A stretch of DNA of 64,000 nt, taken from the NCBI GenBank assembly GCA_020847715.1, contig JADLBM010000014.1, forward strand, positions 14,420 through 78,419, written 5' to 3'. Shown one piece after another: positions 48,058-58,678 of this stretch. The DNA comes from Candidatus Yanofskybacteria bacterium (GTDB taxonomy: Bacteria; Patescibacteriota; Minisyncoccia; 2-02-FULL-40-12; GWA2-44-9). The notes below the pieces were generated by a model. It had not been told where the DNA came from. It searched no databases and saw only the letters and a list, made by a program, of their open reading frames with translations. Made by a program: the position numbers and the translations under genes. The first letter of the stretch is position 1. Each line of letters starts with the position of its first letter.

Positions 48058-48858
48058 CTACAATGAAAGCACCTCGGCTTTCACATCCTGCTCCTCCACA
48101 CGGACGAACTTCGTTGCCTTGAGAAGCGCGAAGATACCGACACCAGTCCAGATGGCCACCTCGCGGAAGATGAACGACACCGACCACAAGGCAAGGAAGA
48201 GCGCGAAGGCAAGAATTGGCGGCACGAGCGGCCCGAGTGGGCCAAGCACACGCTTCACCCAGTCGTCGACGAACCGAGCCAAATCCCTTTTCACTTGCGC
48301 CTGCATTCCTGCCGGAAGCTGGGACAACTGCTGCTGGACCAGCGGCTGGTCATAGGTACTTTCCAATGAACTCTGTAGCCCCTTGCTCACGACTCGGAAG
48401 TCCGCTTGCTGACTCGACGGAAGCAGATAAAAACCCAGCGATATCATGAGGAACGCGCCGAGCAGGATGAACTTTACCCCTTGCCCGAGCGTTGCATTCA
48501 CCCGTAACCTCCTTCGGTCTACCATATCCCCTTGGATGCGACGAGATGCCTCATACCAGAAGAAAAGGAGCACCGGCAACACCGAGAGGTACCAGATGTC
48601 CGGTCGCCAGAACAGAATGAAGGTGGCCCATGACGCCAGCATCGCCGCAAGACGCTCCACCGGCCGCGGCAGCAGCATCCATGCGTTCGCGGCGACTGCC
48701 GCAAGGAGGACCACGGCGACCGACGGCCAGAGTGCGGCCATGAAGCTCGAAAAGCGGTCTGGACTCTCAAGCCACGGGCGTGCGGTTGCCCAGGTAAGCG
48801 TCGCGCACAGCACGACCGCGACAATGAGCCCAATGCGCTTGTAATCCACGGCCTTCAT
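48058..48858 (-). CDS. Hypothetical multi-pass membrane protein
   Basis: Several TMs; lies between dnaK and dnaJ. Confidence 0.7.
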   Translation of the reverse strand: MKAVDYKRIGLIVAVVLCATLTWATARPWLESPDRFSSFMAALWPSVAVVLLAAVAANAWMLLPRPVERLAAMLASWATFILFWRPDIWYLSVLPVLLFFWYEASRRIQGDMVDRRRLRVNATLGQGVKFILLGAFLMISLGFYLLPSSQQADFRVVSKGLQSSLESTYDQPLVQQQLSQLPAGMQAQVKRDLARFVDDWVKRVLGPLGPLVPPILAFALFLALWSVSFIFREVAIWTGVGIFALLKATKFVRVEEQDVKAEVLSL

Positions 48859-48882
48859 GCATTCTATCCTACCACAGCGGAC

Positions 48883-50745
48883 CTATTTCTGCTCCTCAGG
48901 CTTCACCTCCTCGGCTGTCTGAGCGGCCGGTGCTCCCTCCGGTTTCTGCTGGTAGAGGGCGGCACCCACCTTCTGTGCGGCCTGTCCTAGCGCGTCCCCA
49001 GCCTCCTTCACCTTCGCCATGTCGCCGCCCTGCAGCGCGGTCTTCAGCGCGGCGATCTTCTCTTCGAGGTCCTTGGTGTCTTCGGCGCTAATCTTCTCCT
49101 TGTTGTCGGCAATCATTTTCTCGGTGGTCCACACCAGCGTCTCCGCTGCGTTCTTTGCGTCCACCTCTTCCTTTTTCTTGGCATCTTCGGCGGCGTGCTC
49201 CTGCGCTTCACGCACCATGCGCTCCTTCTCCTCTTTCGAGAGCCCGCCAGAACCTTCGATGCGAATGGAGTGCTCCTTGCCCGTGCCCTTATCTTTTGCC
49301 TTCACATGCAGAATACCGTTCGCATCGATATCGAACGTAACCTCAATCTGCGGAACGCCGCGCGGTGCCGGCGGAATACCATCGAGGTTGAACTCGCCCA
49401 AATACTTATTGTCCCCGAACATCGGCCGCTCGCCCTGCGCGACACGAATCTGCACAGAGGGCTGATTGTCCGCCGCAGTGCTGAATGTCTGCGATTTGCT
49501 GGTCGGCACGGTCGTGTTCTTCTCGATCATCGGCGTCATCACGCTCCCGAGCGTCTCGATGCCCAACGTGAGCGGGGTTACATCGAGCAATAGCACGTCG
49601 CGCACATCGCCCTGCATGATGCCGCCCTGAATAGCCGCGCCGATGGCGACAACCTCATCCGGATTAATGTCGCGGTGCGGATCTTTCCCGAAGAGTGCCT
49701 TCACGGCCTCAACGATAGCCGGCATGCGGGTCTGCCCGCCGACCATCACCACCTCGTCGATATCCGAGAGCTGGAATCCGGCATCCTTCACGGCCTGCTG
49801 TGTCAGCTCAATAGAGCGGTCGATGAGATCCTTCGTGAGAGACTCGAGCTTTGCGCGCGTAAAGGTGAGTGCGAAGTGCTTCGGACCTGCGGCATCAGCC
49901 GTGAGGAACGGGATGTTCACATCGGTCTGAGCCGTGCTGGAAAGCTCGTGCTTTGCCTTCTCTGCCGCATCCTTGAGGCGCTGGAGCGCGAGCTGGTCTT
50001 TGCTGATATCAACGCCCTGCTCCTTTTTGAACTCGTCGGCGAAGTAACCAATGATACGCTGGTCGATGTCGTCGCCACCCAGGTGGGTGTCGCCACCGGT
50101 CGCCCGCACTTCGATTGTGTCCTGCGACACTTCAAGAACCGAAATGTCGAATGTCCCGCCGCCGAAGTCGTAGACGACGATTTGTTCATCCTTCTTCTTG
50201 TTGAACCCATACGCCAGTGCGGCCGCGGTCGGCTCGTTGATGACGCGCTTCACGGTCAAACCCGCGATCTCGCCGGCATCCTTCGTGGCTTGGCGCTGGG
50301 CATCGTCGAAGTACGCCGGAACCGTCACGATGGCTTCCGTAATCTTCGTCCCAAGCTTCGCTTCAGCATCCGCCTTAAGTTTCTGGAGCACCATCGCCGA
50401 AATCTCGGCCGGCTTGTACCACTTATCTCCCATCTTCACCTCGACCGAGTCTCCCGCGCCCTGTCGGATCTCGTAGGGTAGCAGCTTCTGGTCGCGTTGT
50501 ACTTCGGGGTCACTAAACCGGCGACCGATGAGTCGCTTCACAGAGAAGAGTGTGTTCGTCGGGTTCGTCACAGCCTGCCGCTTCGCGGTCACACCCGCGT
50601 AGCGCTCACCGTTCTTTCCCAGCGCCACAATCGACGGTGTTGTCCGCACACCTTCGCTGTTCTCCAATACTCGGGGCGTTCCCCCGTCGACGACCGCCAT
50701 GCAGGAGTTCGTCGTTCCCAAGTCGATACCAAGAATATTGCTCAT
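48883..50745 (-). CDS. dnaK: Chaperone DnaK
   Basis: [37 protein letters not shown]. Confidence 0.98.
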   Translation of the reverse strand: MSNILGIDLGTTNSCMAVVDGGTPRVLENSEGVRTTPSIVALGKNGERYAGVTAKRQAVTNPTNTLFSVKRLIGRRFSDPEVQRDQKLLPYEIRQGAGDSVEVKMGDKWYKPAEISAMVLQKLKADAEAKLGTKITEAIVTVPAYFDDAQRQATKDAGEIAGLTVKRVINEPTAAALAYGFNKKKDEQIVVYDFGGGTFDISVLEVSQDTIEVRATGGDTHLGGDDIDQRIIGYFADEFKKEQGVDISKDQLALQRLKDAAEKAKHELSSTAQTDVNIPFLTADAAGPKHFALTFTRAKLESLTKDLIDRSIELTQQAVKDAGFQLSDIDEVVMVGGQTRMPAIVEAVKALFGKDPHRDINPDEVVAIGAAIQGGIMQGDVRDVLLLDVTPLTLGIETLGSVMTPMIEKNTTVPTSKSQTFSTAADNQPSVQIRVAQGERPMFGDNKYLGEFNLDGIPPAPRGVPQIEVTFDIDANGILHVKAKDKGTGKEHSIRIEGSGGLSKEEKERMVREAQEHAAEDAKKKEEVDAKNAAETLVWTTEKMIADNKEKISAEDTKDLEEKIAALKTALQGGDMAKVKEAGDALGQAAQKVGAALYQQKPEGAPAAQTAEEVKPEEQK

Positions 50746-50813
50746 GTGTGTTATGTAATTCGTCCCTCAGTCTCGACCGGAACCGTGTTCCGGTCGCTCA
50801 GAGGGACCAATGG

Positions 50814-51236
50814 TTACTTCACCTCCACCTCGATGGCCTTCGGCTTCGCCTGCTCGGTTTTCGGCAGGGTCACCTTCAAGACACCGTGCTCAAATGTCGC
50901 CTTCGCCTCGCCTTCCTTCACCGATACCGGCAGGGACAACATGCGCATGAAGTGTCCACGGCGAATCTCACGGCGGAAGTACTCTTTGCTCTTCTCCTCC
51001 TTCTCTTCGGTCGCACCGCCTTCCACCTTCAAGACGCCGTCTTCGACGGTCACCTTGATGTCCTTCGGGTCGGTCTTTGGCACCTGCAGTTCAACGATAA
51101 GGTCGTGCTCGGTCTGATACACATCCATCGCCGGCTCCATCGACCGCTTCACGGCCGGAATGAATCCGAACGACGGAAACTCTTCATCGAAGAAACGCTC
51201 GATCTCACGGAACGGATCATGTCGGATGATTGGCAT
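50814..51236 (-). CDS. Hsp20/alpha-crystallin small heat shock protein
   Basis: PAMDVY, REIRRGHF.R, ATFEHGVL.VTLPK. Confidence 0.93.
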   Translation of the reverse strand: MPIIRHDPFREIERFFDEEFPSFGFIPAVKRSMEPAMDVYQTEHDLIVELQVPKTDPKDIKVTVEDGVLKVEGGATEEKEEKSKEYFRREIRRGHFMRMLSLPVSVKEGEAKATFEHGVLKVTLPKTEQAKPKAIEVEVK

Positions 51237-51261
51237 AGGTAGAATGGATGAGATAAATACC

Positions 51262-51732
51262 TTACTGATAGATAACAACGCGTGCGGGACGAATGACGCG
51301 ACCCCGCAGCGTATAGCCCGCGCGCACCTCGCTCTGAACGGTGTGACTCGGACCATCGGCTACCATGGAGACGGCTTCCATCGTAGCAGGGTCGAACGGC
51401 TGGGCGGCCGTCGCAATGCGCTCAACCCCGAATTTCTTCATCGTTGCAAGGAACTGTGCGCCGATCTGCTGGAATCCTGCGAACCATTCGCTCTGTTCAC
51501 GCACGATTGGCGGCGCGTGAGCGATGGCCTGCTCAACATGGTCCAGGACATCGACCATCTCCCGGACGACCGAGGTAGCGCCAAAGTGCGCGACCTCGGT
51601 AAGCTCTCCCTCCATACGCCGACGATAGTTGTCAAAATCAGCCGCAAGTCGCAGATACTGCTCCTTCGGAACCGTCTCAACAGCAGGTTCCGGCGGGTGT
51701 TCGTGTTCAGTGGTGTCGTTGGTCATAGACAT
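51262..51732 (-). CDS. grpE: Nucleotide exchange factor GrpE
   Basis: LRLAADFDNYRRR, FDP..MEA, GY.L..RVIRPARV. Confidence 0.93.
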   Translation of the reverse strand: MSMTNDTTEHEHPPEPAVETVPKEQYLRLAADFDNYRRRMEGELTEVAHFGATSVVREMVDVLDHVEQAIAHAPPIVREQSEWFAGFQQIGAQFLATMKKFGVERIATAAQPFDPATMEAVSMVADGPSHTVQSEVRAGYTLRGRVIRPARVVIYQ

Positions 51733-51733
51733 G

Positions 51734-52507
51734 TTAGGAATGGGCAATACGCTGTGCCAGCTGGGCGACATAGGTCATGAGACCGATATTGCGTCGGTAG
51801 TCCATACGCATGGGGCCTACGAGCGTCAGAGTGCCCTCGTGACCCTTCGGGAGGCGGTATCGTGCGCAAATCATGGTCTCATCCTTCATGCGGTCGTCAG
51901 AGTTTTCGGCACCGATGAGAACGCGCACTTCGCCCTTTGATGAACGCGCGGGCATGTACGCCGAACCGAACGCCTGCCGCATAATGCTGTCCGCCATCGC
52001 ATCGAACTGGTCGAAAAACTCCGCAAGTCCGGCGATGCGGCCGACCTCTTGAAACTCAGGGAATGCCATTAGGTTGGAAATGCCGAACTTATACGCTTCT
52101 TCGCGCTCACTCATCGAAGCCATCACGAGTGCTCCAGAAATTTGCCCTACGATGCGGGCCAGCGCCTTGTTGATCTGCTCCGGATCGCGCAAGTCGATAG
52201 CGGCGAGCGCCTCATCAATGCGATGGCGATGCGGATGGCTGATGCTCACCCCCTCGCTCGCGATTAGCTGATTCACATAGAGACGGTACGCCTTCGCGGT
52301 CGGCACGCGCCCGCCGGAGGTGTGCAGCTGCTCGAGGTAGCCCGTCGCTTCAAGGTCTGCCATCTCGTTGCGAATGGTCGCCGAGCGTACGTCGAAATAG
52401 CCGCTCTGCGCGATGGCCTTGCTTGAGACCGGCTCGGCGGTCTGGATGTATTCCTCGATGACCTTGGCGACCAGCTGGTGCTGTCGCGGGGTTAGCAATC
52501 CGTTCAT
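51734..52507 (-). CDS. hrcA: Heat-inducible repressor HrcA (short form)
   Basis: YI.TAEPVSS, SATIRNEMA.LE, HTSGGRVPT, VGP.RMDY. Confidence 0.95.
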   Translation of the reverse strand: MNGLLTPRQHQLVAKVIEEYIQTAEPVSSKAIAQSGYFDVRSATIRNEMADLEATGYLEQLHTSGGRVPTAKAYRLYVNQLIASEGVSISHPHRHRIDEALAAIDLRDPEQINKALARIVGQISGALVMASMSEREEAYKFGISNLMAFPEFQEVGRIAGLAEFFDQFDAMADSIMRQAFGSAYMPARSSKGEVRVLIGAENSDDRMKDETMICARYRLPKGHEGTLTLVGPMRMDYRRNIGLMTYVAQLAQRIAHS

Positions 52508-52527
52508 CACAGTGCCAGTATAGGAAA

Positions 52528-52554
52528 CTGGCACTCAGCAGTCAAGAGTGCTAA
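52528..52554. promoter_or_regulatory. CIRCE operator overlapping the hrcA promoter
   Basis: CTGGCACTC-N9-GAGTGCTAA; minus-strand TTGACT-17-TATACT promoter at 52545-52517. Confidence 0.9.
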
Positions 52555-52625
52555 TTATCCACACACGCCCCCTCCCAAAAGTTGACAAAATCCACTTATT
52601 TCGTACTCTATGTTCGGAGGTGCAC

Positions 52626-53209
52626 ATGGAGCACGAGTGGCAATTGCCGCCCACCGTGGACCGCATGGAGGTGAACGCAGCACTCACTGTTCTCACGGAG
52701 CGGTTCGATGCCGATGCGGCTCGCCTGGTCATTAGGGCGTTTTGCGACATGCCAGTGTCCGCGAGCAGCTTCGATGAATTCCGTGACTCGAAGCGAACAA
52801 ACCGCACAATCACAGGAGAAACCCCTGAGTTCGGTTCGGTCGGCATCCGTGAAACCGTGGACGAATCGCGGTGGGAGGGAGGGGCGGAGCATGTTGCTCG
52901 CGTTGGACAGTTCAAGGTCTACCCATGTCCAACGCGGCGCACGAGACTGTTGCATTCCGGCGTTACTGGAAAGGCAGTCTCGCGACCGCGTTCGACATCA
53001 TTCAGGAGCAGCAACTCGCATTCCGCGCTTCTGACAAACTCCCGCTTGCTCTCGCGCGCATCGTTTGGAGCCCCCAGTCTCCCTCCCTCTTGGTGCGACT
53101 GAGAGTCGCAATCCAATATCGGAATTTCCCCGCCCTCTGGAGATCCATGAAGTACTGGACGCCGCGCGCGGTTTCAATGTACACCCATCCGTCATACAGG
53201 CTTTCATAG
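52626..53209 (+). pseudogene. Hypothetical gene, possibly frameshifted, or two overlapping ORFs
   Basis: GGAGGTG-ATG at 52626; a second frame runs to 53209 and abuts a terminator. Confidence 0.4.
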
Positions 53210-53266
53210 ATGAGCACCCCCGTTCCACGGGGGATTTTTTTACGCTGATACGATATACTAGACGAC

Positions 53267-54520
53267 ATGAAGAAGAAGCTTCTCCGGTTTTGGAAGGCGC
53301 TCGGACCCGGCATCATCACGGGCGCAGCAGACAACGACCCCTCCGGCATTACCACCTACTCAATTGCAGGCGCCCGCTTCGGCACCGCACCGCTCTGGAT
53401 TCTCCTCTACATCCTGCCATTCATGATCGCCATCCAGAACATGTGCGCGCGTATTGGCGCACTCTCGGGATGCGGACTCGCGGGCAACATCCGCCGCCAC
53501 TACCCCGCCGGACTTCTTGCGATTGTCGCTGTGGCGCTCGTAGCCGCTAATATATTCAACGTTGGCGCCGACATCTACGGTATGGCGGGTGCGCTGAACC
53601 TTATCATTCCGCTCGATATTCGCCTCCTCGGCACCCTCATGGCAATCGCTATCATGGCATTGGTTATCACGCTTCGATATCGCCACATTGAGAGCATCTT
53701 TCGCTGGTTTGCCATTTCACTGTTCGTATACGGCATCGCGCTGTTCTTGGTGAATCCAGACTGGATGACCATCGCGCGTTCGCTCCTAATCCCCGTATGG
53801 ACGAACGGCGACGCATTCTTCCTCACGCTGTTTGCCATGATGGGGACCACCATTTCACCATACCTGTTCTTCTGGCAGGCCTCACAGGAAGCGGAGGACG
53901 TTCGCCAGGATCGCCCCACTCTACGCGTATGCAAGTTCCGCACCGTGCGGCCGGGCATTCTCCACCAAATTGAGCTCGACACACGCCTAGGCATGATTGC
54001 GTCGAACCTCGTTTCATTCTTCATTGTGTCACTCACCGCCTCCACTATTTTCACCGCCGGTAGCGACGACATCACAACACTCCGCGACGCCGCTCTGGCG
54101 CTGAAGCCGCTGGCAGGAGAGTATGCCTTCATCCTCTTTGCGCTCGGCGTGGTCGGGTCTGGCCTCCTCGCCATTCCGGTTCTCGCTGGTTCCGCCGCCT
54201 ATGTGGTTGCCGAGTTTATGGGATGGTCTGCATCGCTCGACAAGCCATTCAATCGCGCCCGCCAGTTCTATCTTGTCATGGTCGGAGCGGTCGCAGTAGG
54301 CATGCTTATGCCATTCCTTGGCATGACACCCGTACAGGCGCTCTACTGGGCTGCTATCATCAACGGCATGATTGCCCCGCCGCTCATTATGCTCATCATC
54401 CACATGGCCAATAATCCCGACATCGTCGGTCCGCACCGCAGCAGCGCACCCGTGCACTACCTCGGCGTCATCGCCATGATGCTCATGTTGACCGGCACCT
54501 TGTTCGTGGTATTTTCCTAG
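53267..54520 (+). CDS. NRAMP family divalent metal transporter
   Basis: LGPG..TGAADNDPSG, GTTISPYLFFWQ. Confidence 0.9.
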   Translation: MKKKLLRFWKALGPGIITGAADNDPSGITTYSIAGARFGTAPLWILLYILPFMIAIQNMCARIGALSGCGLAGNIRRHYPAGLLAIVAVALVAANIFNVGADIYGMAGALNLIIPLDIRLLGTLMAIAIMALVITLRYRHIESIFRWFAISLFVYGIALFLVNPDWMTIARSLLIPVWTNGDAFFLTLFAMMGTTISPYLFFWQASQEAEDVRQDRPTLRVCKFRTVRPGILHQIELDTRLGMIASNLVSFFIVSLTASTIFTAGSDDITTLRDAALALKPLAGEYAFILFALGVVGSGLLAIPVLAGSAAYVVAEFMGWSASLDKPFNRARQFYLVMVGAVAVGMLMPFLGMTPVQALYWAAIINGMIAPPLIMLIIHMANNPDIVGPHRSSAPVHYLGVIAMMLMLTGTLFVVFS

Positions 54521-54526
54521 CCGCAT

Positions 54527-55933
54527 ATGCCCATCCACCTCTACAATTCGCTCACCCGGAACGTTGAACCCCTCACTCCACGCACCGAGGGCGTCATCCA
54601 GATGTTCGTCTGCGGACCGACCGTGTTCGACTTCATCCATGTCGGCAACGCTCGCACCTTCACCATTTTCGATGTTGTTGCCAAATGGCTTCGGTATCGC
54701 GGGTATGAGGTCACGTACCTCCAGAACATCACCGACATCGACGACAAGATCATTCGTCGCGCAGGCGAGCAAGGCCGCGACCCGCTCGAGTACGCCCGCG
54801 AGTACGAGCAGTACTACCGCGACGACATGCAGGCACTCGGAAACACCGCCGTCACCCAGTACCCCCGCGCCACCGACCACATCGAACAGGTCAAAGCTCA
54901 GGTGAAAACCCTCATTGCGAAGGGTAATGCCTACCTCATCGAGGGCGACGGCTGGTACTACGACCTCACAACCTTTCCCGACTACGGCAAACTCTCCGGC
55001 CGCACAGGCCTGCAAGCAGATGATGCCGTCTCCCGCATCGACGACGCCGAAAAGAAGCGCAACACGGGCGATTTCGCGCTGTGGAAGCTCTCGAAACCGG
55101 GCGAGCCCACATGGGACGACGCCGAGCTTGGCGCCGGACGCCCAGGGTGGCACATCGAGGACACCGCCATCACCCAGCACTATTTTGGGCCGCAGTACGA
55201 CCTCCACGGCGGCGCGATGGACCTCAAGTTCCCCCATCATGAAGCCGAGATTGCCCAGCAGGAAGCCGCCTCCGGCCTCGTGCCATTCGTACGACACTGG
55301 ATGCACGCAGGGTTCCTACAAATCGACCAGAAGCGTATGGGCAAGAGCATGGGCAACATGCTTGGCCTTCGCGAGGCACTAAAGCGCTGGTCGCCGGAAA
55401 CGCTCCGCTTCTTCCTGCTCTCAGGACACTATCGCGCACCGCTGGACTTCTCCGAGGCGAGCCTTGATGCCGCGCAAGCCGCGGTACAGCGCATCACCGA
55501 GCTTCTTACAAAAGTACACGCGCTTCCGCCATCACAGAAAGATGATAGCGCGCTCATGCACATCATCACCGAAACACGCAGAGCGGTCGAAGATGCGATG
55601 GACAATGACTTCAATACTGCCGCCGCATTCGGCGCCGTATTCGCGCTCATCTCCGCCGCCAATAAAGCATTCACCGAGAATCGCGTTGGCACGGAAGCCA
55701 GCGCAGCTCTCAAGGCGTTCTTCGAGTTCCTCTCGGAGCAATTCGGCATCGTTCCTGCGGGCGGCGCCCCACTCTCCGCCGACATTCAGAGCCTCGTAGA
55801 CGAGCGACAGCTTGCACGTGAACAAAAGGATTTCGCGACCGCCGACCAACTCCGTGATGAGCTCGCCAAACTAGGCTACACCGTCGACGACACCGCCTAC
55901 GGCCCTCTCGTGAAGGAGAAGATCAAGAGTTAA
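54527..55933 (+). CDS. cysS: Cysteine--tRNA ligase
   Basis: CGPTV, HVGN, NITDIDDK, GRPGWHIE, FPHHE, RMGKS. Confidence 0.97.
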   Translation: MPIHLYNSLTRNVEPLTPRTEGVIQMFVCGPTVFDFIHVGNARTFTIFDVVAKWLRYRGYEVTYLQNITDIDDKIIRRAGEQGRDPLEYAREYEQYYRDDMQALGNTAVTQYPRATDHIEQVKAQVKTLIAKGNAYLIEGDGWYYDLTTFPDYGKLSGRTGLQADDAVSRIDDAEKKRNTGDFALWKLSKPGEPTWDDAELGAGRPGWHIEDTAITQHYFGPQYDLHGGAMDLKFPHHEAEIAQQEAASGLVPFVRHWMHAGFLQIDQKRMGKSMGNMLGLREALKRWSPETLRFFLLSGHYRAPLDFSEASLDAAQAAVQRITELLTKVHALPPSQKDDSALMHIITETRRAVEDAMDNDFNTAAAFGAVFALISAANKAFTENRVGTEASAALKAFFEFLSEQFGIVPAGGAPLSADIQSLVDERQLAREQKDFATADQLRDELAKLGYTVDDTAYGPLVKEKIKS

Positions 55934-56057
55934 GGAAGCGGAGAAGCGCGGAGCGGAAACCGACTAGAAAGCAAGCACTGGTTTTCAACTCGCCATCAAC
56001 ACTTCGGTTGCCCCCGCTCTGTAATTTTCGGATAATGCGGGAGCATCCAATCGAGCC

Positions 56058-57425
56058 ATGGCGAACGTACTCCCCGACACCACTCCCCCGCAAAACCTCG
56101 ACGCCGAGCGTTCGCTCTTGGGGTCGCTCCTGTCAGACCGCGAGGCCATCAACAAGGTCATCGATATGGTCAACGCGGAGCACTTCTACCAGCGGAATCA
56201 CCAGCTCATCTGGACCGCACTCTCGAGTCTCTGGGAACACCATGAGAACATCGACATCCTCTCCGTCTCCACGAAGCTCGGCGACATGGGGCACCTTGAT
56301 GCCATCGGCGGAGTCGCCGCGCTCACCGCGCTTGCGAGCGAAATTCCGACCGCTGCGCATGTACAGACCTACGCGCGCATCGTCCAACGGAAGAAATCCC
56401 TCCGCGACCTGCTCGACGTCTCGCATCGCATTAAAGCGCTCGCGTACCGCGAAGACGACGACATCGACGCCGTGCTCGGCGAGGCGGAACAGCAGCTCTT
56501 CTCGGTCACCCAGAAAACCCTCAGTAATAAGTTTGATGCCCTCGCCGGAGAACTCGACCGTGCCATGGAGCGCATCCAGACCCAAGACGACGGTCAGCTC
56601 CGCGGCGTACCCACAAAGCACACAAAGCTGGATCAGACACTCGGCGGATTCCAGAAGTCCGACCTTATCATCCTCGCCGCCCGTCCATCGGTCGGTAAAA
56701 CCGCCTTCGCAATTGACATCGCCCGCCGTGTTGCCGAGAGTCAAACACCCGTCGGCATCTTCAGCTTGGAAATGAGCGTCGACCAAGTCGTCGACCGTCT
56801 CATCGCCGCAAAGGCGCGCGCTTCGTTGTGGCGTCTCCGCACGGGAAAGCTCTCCCATGAAGGCGAGCACAACGACTTCCTCAAGATTACCAACGCTATC
56901 TCTGAGCTCCGCGATATGCCCGTCTTCATCGACGATACGCCAGGCCTGAATGTGATGCAGATGCGCGCCATGGCGCGGCGCCTGAAAGCCGAGCACGGCC
57001 TCGGCATGCTCATCGTGGACTACTTGCAGCTCATGAGTGCCCGCCGCAACTACGACTCCCCCGTCCAGCAGGTCACGGAAATCAGCCGCGGCCTCAAAGC
57101 GCTGGCGAAGGAGCTGCAGATTCCTGTCATCGCCCTCTCTCAGCTCTCGCGCGCCGTCGAGAACCGCGAAGGCAACCGGCCTCGCCTGTCCGACCTCCGC
57201 GACTCCGGCTCCATCGAGCAAGACGCCGACGTGGTCATGTTCATCCACCGCGACGACAAGATCAACTTCCAACGCGCCCAGGAGCAGGGCCGGCAAAACC
57301 TCGCCCAGCTCGTCATCGCCAAACACCGCAACGGCCCCACCGGCGAGATTGATTTCCACATCAACCCTGAAAACCTCGAGTTCTCCGAGGTCGACACCGT
57401 GCACACCGACTCTGACTTCCTGTAA
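56058..57425 (+). CDS. dnaB: Replicative DNA helicase
   Basis: AARPSVGKT, FSLEM, VDYLQL, LSQLSR, LRDSGSIEQDAD, KHRNG. Confidence 0.97.
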   Translation: MANVLPDTTPPQNLDAERSLLGSLLSDREAINKVIDMVNAEHFYQRNHQLIWTALSSLWEHHENIDILSVSTKLGDMGHLDAIGGVAALTALASEIPTAAHVQTYARIVQRKKSLRDLLDVSHRIKALAYREDDDIDAVLGEAEQQLFSVTQKTLSNKFDALAGELDRAMERIQTQDDGQLRGVPTKHTKLDQTLGGFQKSDLIILAARPSVGKTAFAIDIARRVAESQTPVGIFSLEMSVDQVVDRLIAAKARASLWRLRTGKLSHEGEHNDFLKITNAISELRDMPVFIDDTPGLNVMQMRAMARRLKAEHGLGMLIVDYLQLMSARRNYDSPVQQVTEISRGLKALAKELQIPVIALSQLSRAVENREGNRPRLSDLRDSGSIEQDADVVMFIHRDDKINFQRAQEQGRQNLAQLVIAKHRNGPTGEIDFHINPENLEFSEVDTVHTDSDFL

Positions 57426-57430
57426 TCCTC

Positions 57431-58030
57431 ATGGATCCCTCCTTTGAACGTATCGCAAAACTCCTTCAGACACTCCCCGGCGTCGGCCCGCGCGCGTCGG
57501 TGCGGCTCGTGCTCGCGCTCCTCGACCGCCCACAGGCACAGCTCGACGAGCTGGGGAGCGCCATTAGCCAGCTCAAAGAGCGCGTTCGCCAGTGCACCGA
57601 GTGCTTCAATGTGAGCGAGGACGAGCTGTGTGGTATCTGCCGCGACCGGCGACGGGACGCCCGCTCGCTACTGGTCGTCGAGAAAATCACCGATCTGCAA
57701 TCCGTCGAGCGCGCCGGACTCTGGCGCGGCCTCTACCATGTCCTCGGCGGCGCCATTTCGCCGGTGGATGGCGTAGGACCGGAACACCTCCGCATTCGCG
57801 AGCTCACCGAACGCGTCGACCGCTTTGTCCAGCAAGCAGGGGCCGTGGAAATCGTCCTCGCCACGAACCCGACCTCCTCGGGAGAAATGACCGCACTCTA
57901 CATTCGCGACCTCTTCGCACGCGTCCCGGGCATCAAGGTCACGCGCCTTGCCCGCGGACTTGCGACCGGCACGCATCTCGAATACGCCGACGAAATCACG
58001 CTGAAGCATGCGCTCGACAGTCGGAAGTAG
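57431..58030 (+). CDS. recR: Recombination mediator RecR
   Basis: LPGVG, C4 finger, YHVLGG.ISP, TRLARG, YADE.TL. Confidence 0.96.
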   Translation: MDPSFERIAKLLQTLPGVGPRASVRLVLALLDRPQAQLDELGSAISQLKERVRQCTECFNVSEDELCGICRDRRRDARSLLVVEKITDLQSVERAGLWRGLYHVLGGAISPVDGVGPEHLRIRELTERVDRFVQQAGAVEIVLATNPTSSGEMTALYIRDLFARVPGIKVTRLARGLATGTHLEYADEITLKHALDSRK

Positions 58031-58052
58031 CCTCAGCGCAGGCAACCAAGAA

Positions 58053-58153
58053 GCAGATGACCGGGCATGAAGGGAGTCAGTTGCTGTACCAAAGCCGAGC
58101 GGACAGCGACGGCGACGTTACGCACTCTGACGAGCGCATGCCCGGCCATCTGC
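58053..58153 (+). repeat. Structured dispersed repeat, copy 2 (56-nt core 58076-58131 in a 17-bp outer stem)
   Basis: Core 54/56 identical to 11425-11480. Confidence 0.85.
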
Positions 58154-58215
58154 GCACTCGGATCAATACATGCAGATAGTGCAACATAACAAAACGCCCC
58201 TGTCGGGGCGCTGTG

Positions 58216-58533
58216 TTATTTTGCGGAGATCTTCGTGATTTTCACTTTCGTGAACGGCTGACGATGACCCTTCTTCTTGTGGTAGCGGGTCTTTGCTTTG
58301 TAGCGGAAGACCATCTTCTTCTCGCCTTTGCCCTCGGCAACCACCGTCGCGGCGACCGTTGCGCCCTCGATGAACGGCTGACCGATGACGGCCTTCTTCT
58401 CGGTCGCGATCAGAAGCACCTCGTCGAAGACGACTTTGTCGCCCTCGTGTTCGAGCTTCTCAATCTCAAGCTCAAGTCCTTCGTGGACGATGTACTGCTT
58501 CCCGCCGGTTTTGATGACAGCAAACGTAGTCAT
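58216..58533 (-). CDS. rplU: 50S ribosomal protein L21
   Basis: AVIKTGGKQY, GHRQPFT. Confidence 0.96.
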   Translation of the reverse strand: MTTFAVIKTGGKQYIVHEGLELEIEKLEHEGDKVVFDEVLLIATEKKAVIGQPFIEGATVAATVVAEGKGEKKMVFRYKAKTRYHKKKGHRQPFTKVKITKISAK

Positions 58534-58678
58534 GATGAGATGAAAAATGCCTGAATATCCTAGCAGAAACGCAAAATACTGTCAATTCCCGCCCCATCGG
58601 AGAAGATATTGACCTCCATTGTATATGTGGTATAATGGGTCATCGCAGTTTGAAAATCAACACAAAACCGGAGGGTTC

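Noticed and set aside
54029-57404. Long antisense ORFs opposite cysS and dnaB (also opposite uvrD, gltX and dnaK)
   Set aside because: Shadow frames expected in high-GC coding DNA; no motifs
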